Virus record (IMG/VR): IMGVR_UViG_3300020421_003230
Span: 58,233 to 122,232 of that record
Direction: 5' to 3' (one strand)
DNA from: a virus
Length of the DNA: 64,000 bases
In this document: positions 49,944 to 59,960 of the stretch, in pieces
Position numbering within the stretch: position 1 is the stretch's first letter
Layout of the letters: each line of letters starts with the position of its first letter
Made by a program: the position numbers and the translations under genes
Notes under the pieces: model-generated
What the model was told of the DNA's origin: nothing
The model's input: the letters and a program-made list of their open reading frames with translations, nothing else
Databases searched by the model: none

Positions 49944-50399
49944 ATGAAGATACAAGAATTTTCAAAACACTTAGATGAACCAAGAGAGATTGGTAAGAAA
50001 AAAGATAGATTATCATCAAAGGAAAAAACGATGGTTAAAAAACAATTAGGTGAACACTTAGGTATCACTTCAGAACAAGCAAAACAAATACTCGATAATA
50101 TGTGTGTAGAGTGTGGAAACCTTGTTGATGAAAATTTAAAAAAATGGTTTAGTGATAAATGGGTGAACATCGGTAAAAAGAAAAAAGGTGGTGGACACCC
50201 ACCTTGTGGTACGAGTGGTGATAAGAGAGCATATGCTAAATGTGTTCCTAAGAGTAAAGCCGCAAACATGAGTAAAAAACAAAAAGCCAGTGCAACTCGA
50301 AGAAAAAGAGCAGCACAAAATCAAGCTAATAGAGGTGGTAAGAAATCTGCAGGACAAGGTAAAGCTCCAATCAGAGTATCCACGAAACCTAAGAAGTAG
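49944..50399 (+). CDS. Basic modular phage protein
   Basis: MKIQEF leader; LKKWF..KWVNIG...PCG...KCVP module. Confidence 0.65.
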   Translation: MKIQEFSKHLDEPREIGKKKDRLSSKEKTMVKKQLGEHLGITSEQAKQILDNMCVECGNLVDENLKKWFSDKWVNIGKKKKGGGHPPCGTSGDKRAYAKCVPKSKAANMSKKQKASATRRKRAAQNQANRGGKKSAGQGKAPIRVSTKPKK

Positions 50400-50408
50400 G
50401 AGAGAAAA

Positions 50409-50927
50409 ATGAAGTTAGAAGAATTAGTAGGTAAACCAATCACAGAAGCTCAATTTGATGAAGCTGCTGGTGAAAAAGATGCGTGTTATCATAAAGTAAA
50501 AGCTCGTTATGATGTATGGCCTTCTGCTTATGCAAGTGGTGCTTTGGTAAAATGTAGAAAAGTTGGTGCCAAGAATTGGGGTAATAAATCTAAAAAAGAA
50601 TCAATTGAAGAATCATATGATATATGGAACGAAGATGGTTCATTTGGATATACGATGACAGGTTTGATAGAAGCTGAGTATGGTGGAAGAAAAGTAAAAC
50701 TTGGTAAACCAATGCAAGGTGATGTAAAGAAATTTAAAGTTTATGTAAAGAATCCAAAAGGTAATGTTGTTAAAGTAAACTTTGGACAAGGTGGAGATGC
50801 TAAAGGTGGAACAATGAGAATTAGAAAATCAAATCCACAGGCTAGAAAGAACTTTAGAGCTAGACACAATTGTGATTCACCAGGGCCAAGACATAAAGCA
50901 AGATATTGGTCTTGTCGTAAGTGGTAG
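50409..50927 (+). CDS. Basic modular phage protein (DUF6321-like C-terminal module, from recall)
   Basis: DACYHKVK..WPSAYASG module plus AEYGGRKV...VNFG...ARHNC...YWSCRKW module. Confidence 0.65.
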   Translation: MKLEELVGKPITEAQFDEAAGEKDACYHKVKARYDVWPSAYASGALVKCRKVGAKNWGNKSKKESIEESYDIWNEDGSFGYTMTGLIEAEYGGRKVKLGKPMQGDVKKFKVYVKNPKGNVVKVNFGQGGDAKGGTMRIRKSNPQARKNFRARHNCDSPGPRHKARYWSCRKW

Positions 50928-50934
50928 GAGAACC

Positions 50935-53900
50935 ATGAAAACAAAACTAACAGAATGGTTAGTTAAACCTTTAACTGAAGATGTAAATGTACCAATTAAT
51001 ATTGGTGATACAGTTCTGATGGGTAAATTTAAAAACAAGAAAGTTGTTGTTAAATCTATTGATTGGAATGAAAAGGGTGATATGCTTATTAATGGCAGAC
51101 CTGCTTTTAAATTCAGAATGATAAAAAAACCTAATATCTTTAATAAAGAAGATATTCAAGAGGGTAAAGTTTCGTTACGAGTTCCAAGTGATATCAAAAA
51201 AATCCATAAACTATTCAAGAAAAACAAAAAACAATTATACATTGTAGGTGGGGCAGTTCGTGATGCCATACTTGGTAAGAAACCAAAAGACTTTGATTTA
51301 GCAACAGATGCAAAACCAGATGAGGTATTGGATATTGCAAAACAAGGTGGAATGAAAACTTATGAAGTTGGTAAGGCGTTTGGTGTTGTTGTTGTGGGTG
51401 GACATGAGATTGCTACATTCAGAAAAGATATTGGTAAAGGTAGAAGACCTAAGGCAGTTGATTTCTCTGATATACAAGGTGATGTAAAGAGAAGAGATTT
51501 AACCATCAATGCATTGTTCTATGATATAGAGAAGAATGAAGTAGTAGATTTGACGGGTGGATTAACAGATTTGAAAAATAAAATTGTAAGGACTGTTGGT
51601 ACACCAAAAGATAGATTTGATGAAGACCCATTGAGAAAATTAAGAGCACTTAGATTCCAAGCAGTTATTGGTGGTAAGATGGATAAAGATACAGAAGTTG
51701 CTTTATTAAAGAATCCAAGTTTGAAAGGTGTTAGTGCAGAACGAATTAGAGAAGAGTTTATTAAGGGTATAGAAAAAGGAAAAGATTCTAAATTATTTAT
51801 GGAGGCACTTGATAAGTTTAAATTTACAGAGCAAATGTTCCCACAATTAAATATAACAAAACCTTATCCAAAAGTCAAGTCTTTTATTTTATTCTTGGCA
51901 ACTATTCTTAAAAAGAATGATGTAAGAAAATTACCAAAGATTTTAAATAAATTAAAGTATAGTGGAGAAGAGGTAAACAATATTACTTTCTTAGTATACT
52001 TAAATGATTTCAAACCACAGAACATTTATATGGCAAAGAAGGCACAAGAAAAAACTACTTTATCACCAAATGATATTATTAACTATGGTAAATTAGTTGG
52101 TAAAGATTTTAAAAAACTTGCTACATTTAAATTAAGTGTTAAGGCAAGTGGTGATGAATTTGTAGGATTAAAGGGTAAAGAGATTGGTGATAAAATAAGG
52201 GATATGGAAACAAAGTTATTTGGTGAAGATAAAAACTTTACATTTGGGCCAGGTTGGATACCAACATCACTTAGTCAAAGAAAGAAGATGAAAAGATTAC
52301 ACAAAAAAACCAATCGTAGTATCAGAGGTGAAAATATTCCATCACCAAGTAGAGCAGGTATAAATAAAAATAAAACTGATAAGATGAGTGGATATAAAAA
52401 GATAAAAGAATTGAAAAAAAACCTTGACTTATATATGGAAAATGTCGTATATTCAAGTATGGAAATTGGGGATAGTACAACCATTTCAGAATCTTTACCT
52501 AACAAAATCACAGATAAATTCAAAAGAATGAAACAAGTATCGAGTGATAAAGATATTGATAAAGATTTTGTAGCTCATCATAACTATTCAATGTCAGCAG
52601 ATAAAATGGGTAGGTGGTCAGAACCAGATACTTATGATTGGGATGATGATGATAAAGAAGTTGGTAGTAATCAAAATGAACCACCAAATAAAAAGAAAAA
52701 AGGATATGAACCCGTAGTTGAAGAAACAACAAAAATTAAAAAAGTGATTGGTATTTATGGTGGAAGATTTCAACCATTTGGGCCTCATCACCTAAAAACA
52801 TTTAAGTGGTTACAATCTAAGGTAGATGATGCATATATCACTACATCTGATATAAAGAAACCACCAAGACACCCAATGAACTTTCAAGAGAAAGCAAGAC
52901 ATATGGCAAAGATGGGTGTACCAAAAAATAAAATTAGAAAAGAAAAAGTACCTTTAGTTTCAAAAGAATTACTTAAAAAGTTTGACCCAAAAACTACCGC
53001 AGTTGTTTATATCTTTGGAGCAAAAGATGCTGGTAGATTAAGTGGTGGTAAAAAGAAAGATGGTTCACCTGGATACTTTCAAGATTACAAAAAGAATAAG
53101 GGTAAGATAAAAGGACATGAAGAACATGGATACTTTTTAGTTGCTCCTCATGTTAGTATGAGAATTGGTGGTAATGAGATTTCAGGTACCACGATGAGAA
53201 ACATATTAGGTTCACCTAAAATAAATGATAAAGATAGACCAAAGATATTTAAAAAATTATTTGGTTATTATGATAAAGGTGTTTATACTATGATGACGAA
53301 TAAGTTTAAAAAACTATTTGAATTTTATAATCAATCATCAGTAAAAAATATAATAAAAGAAGTTAGTGCTCTTGGGGCTACCGTAACAGCTGGTGATTTA
53401 GATGATGAGGGATTATATGATTTCTTTAATTCATTTGCTGATTACAAAAGAGTATCACCTGAAAAGGCAGATATATTGGGATGGGAAGTAGTTGGTGATA
53501 TTGTTGGTAAAGGTGCAATAGACCCAAGTTATGAATTTACTTATGAGGCAGGTAGAGTTGATACCGTAACATTTGGTAAAACAATAAATCAAAAAACATC
53601 AAACGAAGATAGTGTTGATAATCCATTTCCTAAATATCGTGAACATATGAAAAATCTTGTTGGTAAAATGGGATGGGAGATAGTGAAGTTCTTTGGTAAA
53701 CCAACATCCAAGATTGGTGATTCATTAACACACGATATGAAAACATCTACAAGTGGTGTAGAGAAAGTCAAAAAGATACAAGAATCTTTTGAAAACCAAA
53801 CAAAGGAGTTATTACTTATGGGCGGAGCCTATGGACATATGAGTCATCCATTTGATGACAATAATCTTACATTTTCAGATTTGAAAACGATAGTTATTAA

Positions 53901-55047
53901 TGGTATAGGAGGAAAGTTAGATAGAGAGGATGGTGTTACTGAGAAACTTGATGGACAGAATCTAATGGTTAGTTGGATTGATGGGAAGTTAAAGGCAGCT
54001 CGTAACAAAGGACACCTAAAGAATTTTGGTAAAACGGCACCAGATACAAAAGGTGTAAAGAGTATTTTCAAAGGTAGAGGAAATATAGAAAAGGCTTTCG
54101 TAGGTGCGATGAAAGATTTAGAAAAATCAATTGGTTCGTTATCAGATAAACAAAAAGAAAAAATATTTGGTAACGGAAAGAGATGGATGAATTTAGAGGT
54201 TATGTATCCAGCAACAGCAAATGTAATAGATTATGATGTGGCAGAAATAATATTTCATGGTACATTAGAGTATGATGAGAGTGGAAGACCTGTAGGTCAA
54301 CCAAAAGATTCAGCTCGTATGTTAGCAGGTATGATTAAACAGGCAAATCAAAATATACAAAAGATATTTAAAATTGGTAAACCTAATTTCTTACAAGTAC
54401 CTAAACATCAGAACTTTGATAAATTACAAAAAACTTATTTAAGTAGATTGAATAAATTACAAAGACAATATGCTTTAAAAGATAAAGATACTTTAGGTAT
54501 GTATCATGAATCATATTGGAGTGAATATGTTTTCAATGCATCAAAACAATTCGGTGTTAAGTTGAAACCAATACAATTTGCTAAGTTAGTTCGTAGGTGG
54601 GCATACTTTGATAAAGGATATAAGATTGCAGAAATTAAAAGTGATTTCAAAAATAATCCTAAATTTTTAGAATGGATATTAAATACCGATAAGTTTGACC
54701 ATAAGAAAATTTTTAAAGATAACATCAAACCATTCGAAGTATTATTCTTTGATGTAGGTGCACAGATACTTAAAAACATTAGTGGGTATATGGCAGTTAA
54801 TCCTGATAAGGCAGTACAGAAGATGAGAAAAGAAATGAATAGTGCGATGAGAGATTTACAAAAACCAGATAAAATAGAAAAATTAAAAAAACTAAAAACA
54901 CAAATTGAAAAACTAAATGCGATTGGTGGGTTAAAAGCAATCGTTCCAAGTGAGGGTATTGTGTTCAAATACAAAGGTAATGTATATAAATTTACTGGAG
55001 CATTTGCACCAATCAATCAGATACTTGGTAGTATAAAATTTGGATAG
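50935..55047 (+). CDS. Polyprotein: CCA-adding/poly(A)-polymerase-family nucleotidyltransferase + HIGH-type nucleotidyltransferase + ATP-dependent ligase-like domain
   Basis: VGGAVRD..KDFDLAT, RRDLTINA, EDPLR.LRA, SAERI (~51160-52230); GGRFQPFGPHH..ISGTTMR (~52730-53320); TEKLDG..EGIVFK..YKF (~53815-55047). AGGAG before ATG 50935. Confidence 0.8.
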   Translation: MKTKLTEWLVKPLTEDVNVPINIGDTVLMGKFKNKKVVVKSIDWNEKGDMLINGRPAFKFRMIKKPNIFNKEDIQEGKVSLRVPSDIKKIHKLFKKNKKQLYIVGGAVRDAILGKKPKDFDLATDAKPDEVLDIAKQGGMKTYEVGKAFGVVVVGGHEIATFRKDIGKGRRPKAVDFSDIQGDVKRRDLTINALFYDIEKNEVVDLTGGLTDLKNKIVRTVGTPKDRFDEDPLRKLRALRFQAVIGGKMDKDTEVALLKNPSLKGVSAERIREEFIKGIEKGKDSKLFMEALDKFKFTEQMFPQLNITKPYPKVKSFILFLATILKKNDVRKLPKILNKLKYSGEEVNNITFLVYLNDFKPQNIYMAKKAQEKTTLSPNDIINYGKLVGKDFKKLATFKLSVKASGDEFVGLKGKEIGDKIRDMETKLFGEDKNFTFGPGWIPTSLSQRKKMKRLHKKTNRSIRGENIPSPSRAGINKNKTDKMSGYKKIKELKKNLDLYMENVVYSSMEIGDSTTISESLPNKITDKFKRMKQVSSDKDIDKDFVAHHNYSMSADKMGRWSEPDTYDWDDDDKEVGSNQNEPPNKKKKGYEPVVEETTKIKKVIGIYGGRFQPFGPHHLKTFKWLQSKVDDAYITTSDIKKPPRHPMNFQEKARHMAKMGVPKNKIRKEKVPLVSKELLKKFDPKTTAVVYIFGAKDAGRLSGGKKKDGSPGYFQDYKKNKGKIKGHEEHGYFLVAPHVSMRIGGNEISGTTMRNILGSPKINDKDRPKIFKKLFGYYDKGVYTMMTNKFKKLFEFYNQSSVKNIIKEVSALGATVTAGDLDDEGLYDFFNSFADYKRVSPEKADILGWEVVGDIVGKGAIDPSYEFTYEAGRVDTVTFGKTINQKTSNEDSVDNPFPKYREHMKNLVGKMGWEIVKFFGKPTSKIGDSLTHDMKTSTSGVEKVKKIQESFENQTKELLLMGGAYGHMSHPFDDNNLTFSDLKTIVINGIGGKLDREDGVTEKLDGQNLMVSWIDGKLKAARNKGHLKNFGKTAPDTKGVKSIFKGRGNIEKAFVGAMKDLEKSIGSLSDKQKEKIFGNGKRWMNLEVMYPATANVIDYDVAEIIFHGTLEYDESGRPVGQPKDSARMLAGMIKQANQNIQKIFKIGKPNFLQVPKHQNFDKLQKTYLSRLNKLQRQYALKDKDTLGMYHESYWSEYVFNASKQFGVKLKPIQFAKLVRRWAYFDKGYKIAEIKSDFKNNPKFLEWILNTDKFDHKKIFKDNIKPFEVLFFDVGAQILKNISGYMAVNPDKAVQKMRKEMNSAMRDLQKPDKIEKLKKLKTQIEKLNAIGGLKAIVPSEGIVFKYKGNVYKFTGAFAPINQILGSIKFG
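52424..52453 (+). promoter_or_regulatory. Internal sigma70-like promoter inside the polyprotein gene
   Basis: A-tract, then TTGACT (52424-29), 18-nt spacer, TATATT (52448-53); in-frame ATG at 52459. Confidence 0.5.
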
Positions 55048-55055
55048 GAGTTACA

Positions 55056-55619
55056 ATGGCAAATTATAGTAAAGATATGGAAAGACAAAATAAGGCCTTA
55101 AAGGACTTAATGTCTGGAAAAGAACATGAAAAGGATTATGTACAAGTTGGGTACGAGGGTAAAAAAGATGACAGAGGTGGTGAGACCAGAGAATCCGAAT
55201 TAAGTAAAGCATTACAATCGGTTAGGATGCCTTTGTTCTGTAAAAAGTGTTCCAAGGCAATGAAGAAAAAACTTGATAATAAGTTTTGGTATAGATATGG
55301 ACATTGTTTTGATTGTCAAATTGAATTAGAACACAAACTTAGAGTTAGTGGTGAATTTGATAATTGGGCAAGAAAGAAAATGTTGGATAATAAAAAAAGT
55401 TACATAAAAGATTTAAAAGCGAGTATCGATGAGTTTGAAGAGACAGGTGGTAAAAAGGAGTTCTTTAATAGTGTTGGTGTTAACACACCTGAACTTGAAA
55501 AAGAAAAGTGGGAAATGGGAGAAGAACAATTCGAATCTTTAGTGAAAGAAGCTAGAGAACATCTTGATAACCTACAGAAAGATATCGATGAAGAAGAGAA
55601 ATTACTTAATACTGCCTGA
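55056..55619 (+). CDS. Hypothetical protein with CxxC...CxxC zinc-binding motif
   Basis: FCKKC...HCFDC followed by coiled coil; AGGAG SD. Confidence 0.65.
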   Translation: MANYSKDMERQNKALKDLMSGKEHEKDYVQVGYEGKKDDRGGETRESELSKALQSVRMPLFCKKCSKAMKKKLDNKFWYRYGHCFDCQIELEHKLRVSGEFDNWARKKMLDNKKSYIKDLKASIDEFEETGGKKEFFNSVGVNTPELEKEKWEMGEEQFESLVKEAREHLDNLQKDIDEEEKLLNTA

Positions 55620-55851
55620 AGATATTATTTTAGATTTAATGTTGATGGTATCAAGGTTGGGTGAAACTGCAGTGGATTATCATAACAAAGTAGGTTCAAG
55701 AAAATCTGAAAGTGTAGTAAATGTTTATACAAAAATTATACGAAAGTTAATGGAATTAGAAGAACATGATATTGAATATAAACCAAGAGGACTCACATTT
55801 GAACAAATGTTGAAATCGTGTGGAATCAAACCTAACAAGGAGGATGAATAA
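55588..55851 (+). CDS. Hypothetical protein
   Basis: Coupled ORF; ATG 55588 preferred over TTG 55564. Confidence 0.55.
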   Translation: MKKRNYLILPEDIILDLMLMVSRLGETAVDYHNKVGSRKSESVVNVYTKIIRKLMELEEHDIEYKPRGLTFEQMLKSCGIKPNKEDE

Positions 55852-56138
55852 TGATTGGAAAGATAATCGGATTCATAACTAATCTATTTTTTGGCGGAAA
55901 GAAAAAAGAAGAAGTCAAAAAATTAGATAAGGCAATTAAAGTAAAAAATGAAGAAGTAACTAAACTTGAAGAACAAGTAGTGAAACTTGAAAAGAAGAAG
56001 AAAGTCAACAAAAAAGAAGTTGGTAATCTTAAACGAAAAGTAACAAACACTAAAAAACAAATACTTGCGGCTGAAAAAGCAGTAAAAACAGATAATGTTG
56101 ATGAAGCAGTAAAATATTTGAAGAAATTTAGTAAGTAG
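55851..56138 (+). CDS. N-terminally hydrophobic, Lys-rich coiled-coil protein (possibly spanin-like)
   Basis: MIGKIIGFITNLFFGG then K/E heptads; AGGAGG SD. Confidence 0.5.
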   Translation: MIGKIIGFITNLFFGGKKKEEVKKLDKAIKVKNEEVTKLEEQVVKLEKKKKVNKKEVGNLKRKVTNTKKQILAAEKAVKTDNVDEAVKYLKKFSK

Positions 56139-56142
56139 TATA

Positions 56143-56150
56143 TATTTATA
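56143..56150 (+). promoter_or_regulatory. TATTTATA motif upstream of the terminase/portal block
   Basis: 3 nt before ATG 56154. Confidence 0.5.
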
Positions 56151-56153
56151 TAC

Positions 56154-56531
56154 ATGAGATATTTTATATACATATTATTTCTTGGTTTGTTGTTTGGGCA
56201 AGATAACACTAAAACTTTTACCTTTTCAGAAGATGAAGTTCTTGGGTTCACAAATACGATTAAAGAGTTGGAATTAAAAGATAGTTTGAATGTATCTTTA
56301 GTAATGGATTTGGAAAAACAAATCTTTTTATTAGAAGATAATGCAAAATCTGATTCTTTGATTATTGATTTTAGAACACAACAGCTTCAGTTACAAACAG
56401 AGACTATTAATCTCTACAAAGAAAAGATTAAAGTAGTAAAACCAAAGTGGCACGAAAACAAATGGTTATGGTTTGTTTATGGAGTTGCAGCTACTTCGGT
56501 ATCGGTTAAACTTGCAGGCGAACTAAACTAA
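56154..56531 (+). CDS. Exported coiled-coil protein with C-terminal membrane segment
   Basis: Signal peptide MRYFIYILFLGLLFG|Q, coiled coil, then KWLWFVYGVAATSVSV. Confidence 0.6.
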   Translation: MRYFIYILFLGLLFGQDNTKTFTFSEDEVLGFTNTIKELELKDSLNVSLVMDLEKQIFLLEDNAKSDSLIIDFRTQQLQLQTETINLYKEKIKVVKPKWHENKWLWFVYGVAATSVSVKLAGELN

Positions 56532-58099
56532 TGGCAGAACAAATAAAAGAAGTAATCAAACAAGAATACATTAAGTGTGCACAAGACCCGGCATACTTTA
56601 TGAAAAAGTATTGTGTGATACAACATCCAATGAGAGGTAAAATACCTTTTTCATTGTATCCTTTTCAAGATAAGTGTGTTGAACAATTTAAAGACAACAG
56701 ATTTAATATTATCTTAAAGGCAAGACAACTTGGTATATCTACAGTAACTGCTGCTTATTCTCTGTGGATGATGACATTTCATTCGGATAAGAATGTATTG
56801 GTGATTGCTACTAAACAGGAAGTGGCAAAGAATTTGGTAACAAAGGTAAGGGTGATGCATGCAAACTTACCATCTTGGTTAAAACAAAAGTGTGTTGAAG
56901 ATAACAAATTGAATCTACGATACCTTAATGGTTCACAGATTAAGGCTGTATCATCAGGACCTGAAGCTGCTCGTTCAGAAGCTCTATCATTATTGATATT
57001 AGATGAGGCGGCATTCATTGATAAGATTGATGATATATGGACTGCTTCACAACAAACACTAACAACAGGTGGTAGTTGTATTGCACTTTCAACACCTAAT
57101 GGTGTGGGTAATTGGTTTCATAGAAATTGGGTAGATGCTGAAGAGGGTAGAGGACAATTCAATGATATCAAACTTCATTGGACTGTACATCCAGATAGAA
57201 ATCAAGAGTGGAGAGATGAACAAGATACCTTGTTAGGTATTCAAAGTGCGGCACAAGAATGTGATTGTGATTTTATCACTTCTGGTACTTCTGTAATTGA
57301 TGCAAGAATATTAGAAGAGTGTAAAAAATCTATGGTGAAAGACCCAATAGAAAAAAGAGGTGCTGATAGTAACTTGTGGATTTGGGAACCACCAGATTAC
57401 ACAAGAACATATGTAGTTACTGCTGATGTTGGTCGTGGTGATAGTGCGGACTATTCTGCTTTTCATGTAATAGATGTAGAAAAAGTAGAACAAGTTGCAG
57501 AATATAAAGGTAGAGTTCCTACCAAAGATTTTGGTAATATGTTGGTCAATATTTCAACGGAATATAATGATGCTTTACTAATTATAGAAAACAATAACAT
57601 TGGTTGGGCAACGATACAACAAGTAATAGATAGGGAATATCCTAATCTATTTTATACAAGTAAAGATTTACAATATGTCGATATAGCTCATCAGATGACA
57701 AATCGATATAGAAGTGGTGATAAAAGTATGGTGGCTGGATTCAGTACTACCATGAAAACTCGACCTTTGATTATTGCAAAGTTAGAGGAATATTTTAGAG
57801 ATGAGAGTGTGATAGTTCGTAGTAACCGATTGGTTGATGAATTGTTTACTTTCATTTATTTAAACAATAGAGCAGAGGCAATGAGAGGATATAACGATGA
57901 TTTAGTTATGTCGTTTGCAATTGGCCTTTGGGTTCGTGATACTGCATTACGATTACGAACTGAGGGAATTGAATTAACAAAAAAGACCTTAAACAGAATG
58001 CAAGATGTTGATGGTCTTTACACACCCGAAGAGAACAGAAATGATTCTTGGGATTGGGAAGTAGATAAAAAGAAAGAGTCATTAGAATGGCTCTTGTAA
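56531..58099 (+). CDS. gp17: Terminase large subunit (T4 gp17-like)
   Basis: LYPFQ adenine-binding motif, KARQLGIST, LILDEAAF, STPNG, nuclease ADVGRG..DYS and DDLVMS. Confidence 0.95.
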   Translation: MAEQIKEVIKQEYIKCAQDPAYFMKKYCVIQHPMRGKIPFSLYPFQDKCVEQFKDNRFNIILKARQLGISTVTAAYSLWMMTFHSDKNVLVIATKQEVAKNLVTKVRVMHANLPSWLKQKCVEDNKLNLRYLNGSQIKAVSSGPEAARSEALSLLILDEAAFIDKIDDIWTASQQTLTTGGSCIALSTPNGVGNWFHRNWVDAEEGRGQFNDIKLHWTVHPDRNQEWRDEQDTLLGIQSAAQECDCDFITSGTSVIDARILEECKKSMVKDPIEKRGADSNLWIWEPPDYTRTYVVTADVGRGDSADYSAFHVIDVEKVEQVAEYKGRVPTKDFGNMLVNISTEYNDALLIIENNNIGWATIQQVIDREYPNLFYTSKDLQYVDIAHQMTNRYRSGDKSMVAGFSTTMKTRPLIIAKLEEYFRDESVIVRSNRLVDELFTFIYLNNRAEAMRGYNDDLVMSFAIGLWVRDTALRLRTEGIELTKKTLNRMQDVDGLYTPEENRNDSWDWEVDKKKESLEWLL

Positions 58100-58111
58100 G
58101 TGAGGTAAAAA

Positions 58112-59941
58112 ATGGCTGATAAAACATTATTCGGTAGACTACAACGATTATTTAGTACAAATGTAATTGTACGAAATGTCGGTGGAAAGAAATTAAAAGT
58201 AGCAGATACTGAACAAATACAATCAAGGACGAAATCACACTTAGTTGACAGATACTCTAAACTACATAGTGGTTTAGATTTAGTTAATAGTGGATATTCG
58301 AGTTTCGCACAATTACAGGCGGCAAGATTAGGGTTGTTCAAAGACTACGAGAGTATGGAGGCAGATTCAATTATTGCTTCGGCTCTTGATATATATGCCG
58401 ATGAATGTACAATGAAAAATCCATATGGAGAAGTATTGGAAATACAAAGTGATAATGATAATATAAAATCTATTTTACATAATTTATTTTATGACATTAT
58501 GAACATTGAGTTCAATCTATGGCCTTGGATAAGAAACTTAACTAAGTATGGAGATTTCTTTTTATACTTAGATGTAGAGGATAAATATGGTATCACTAAT
58601 GTAATACCAGTATCTGCATATGAATTGGTTCGTTCAGAGGGAGAAGACCCTGATAATCCATATTATGTAAAGTTCTATATGGAATCTCAAGAAACCGCAC
58701 ATCCTTATTTTACTCGTTCAAGTAAAGGTAAGAAAATAGAATTTGAAAACTTTCAAATTGCACACTTCAGATTAGCAAGTGATAGTAATCTTTTACCTTA
58801 TGGTAAATCAATGTTAGAAAGTGCTCGTAAAGTTTGGAAACAAGTTACATTGATGGAAGATGCTATGTTAATTCATAGAATCATGAGAGCACCAGAGAAG
58901 AGAGTATTTAAAGTAGATATTGGAAACATACCACCAAATGAAGTTGATAATTATATGCAAAGAATTATTAACAAAATGAAGAAGACTCCATTTATGGATG
59001 AGGCTACAGGTGATTATAACTTGAAGTTTAACATACAAAACTTAACAGAAGACTTCTTTATGCCAGTTCGTGGTGGAGATAGTGGAACAAACATTGAATC
59101 ACTACCTGGTATGCAGTATGATTCTACTGAGGATATCGAGTATCTAAAAAACAGAATGTTGGCAGCACTTCATGTACCAAAGGCATTCTTAGGATATGAG
59201 GAATCACTTGGTAGTAAAGCAACATTGGCAGCTGAAGATGTTAGATTTGCTAGAACGATTGAACGAATACAAAGAATCGTAGTTAGTGAATTAACAAAGA
59301 TTGCAGTTGTTCATTTATATTCACAAGGATATACAGATGCTGAGTTGGTAAATTTTGAACTAAATCTTACTAATCCATCTACAATCTATGAACAAGAAAA
59401 GATTGAATTGTGGAGTAATAAAATAAATCTTGCTCGTGATATGAAAGATAACAATATGATGAGTACAGAATGGATATATAAGAATATATTTGGTTTCTCT
59501 GATGACCAAATTAAAGAAGTTGAAAAAGAATTGGTACAAGACCAGAAACAAAAATTCAGATTTGAACAGATATCTATTGAGGGTAATGACCCTGTTAAGA
59601 GTGGAGATGCAGTTGGTACACCAAGTGATATGGCATCTGCTTCACCAGCTCCTGAAGGAGAACAACCACCAGAAAGTTTGGCGGGTTCATTATTTGATGA
59701 TGGAGGTTCACCTGAAGGTGGATTCGAAGGTGCTGGCAGACCTAAGGAAGTAACTAAATATGGTAAAGATGGTAGTGCGAGAGGCAGAGACCCACTTGGA
59801 AGACCTAAAATACCTATGGCTTTAGCTCACTATGATGGTTTAAAAAAATCATTTGGTAAGAAAGCCCGAGAGGTATTAAAAGAAACTATGGATAGTGAAG
59901 AGATAACAAAAGAATATGAAGATTTTAAGGAAGAAAAGTAA
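58112..59941 (+). CDS. gp20: Portal protein (T4 gp20-like)
   Basis: MEDAMLIHRIMRAPEKRVFKVDIGNIP, EDFFMPVRGG, ALHVPK, RFARTIERIQ. Confidence 0.93.
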   Translation: MADKTLFGRLQRLFSTNVIVRNVGGKKLKVADTEQIQSRTKSHLVDRYSKLHSGLDLVNSGYSSFAQLQAARLGLFKDYESMEADSIIASALDIYADECTMKNPYGEVLEIQSDNDNIKSILHNLFYDIMNIEFNLWPWIRNLTKYGDFFLYLDVEDKYGITNVIPVSAYELVRSEGEDPDNPYYVKFYMESQETAHPYFTRSSKGKKIEFENFQIAHFRLASDSNLLPYGKSMLESARKVWKQVTLMEDAMLIHRIMRAPEKRVFKVDIGNIPPNEVDNYMQRIINKMKKTPFMDEATGDYNLKFNIQNLTEDFFMPVRGGDSGTNIESLPGMQYDSTEDIEYLKNRMLAALHVPKAFLGYEESLGSKATLAAEDVRFARTIERIQRIVVSELTKIAVVHLYSQGYTDAELVNFELNLTNPSTIYEQEKIELWSNKINLARDMKDNNMMSTEWIYKNIFGFSDDQIKEVEKELVQDQKQKFRFEQISIEGNDPVKSGDAVGTPSDMASASPAPEGEQPPESLAGSLFDDGGSPEGGFEGAGRPKEVTKYGKDGSARGRDPLGRPKIPMALAHYDGLKKSFGKKAREVLKETMDSEEITKEYEDFKEEK

Positions 59942-59960
59942 CGATTTCTTGAAAGTTTTA

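Noticed and set aside
54504-55016. 170-aa minus-strand ORF and similar antisense ORFs over the terminase, portal and protease genes
   Set aside because: Fully overlap well-supported plus-strand genes and have antisense-like composition
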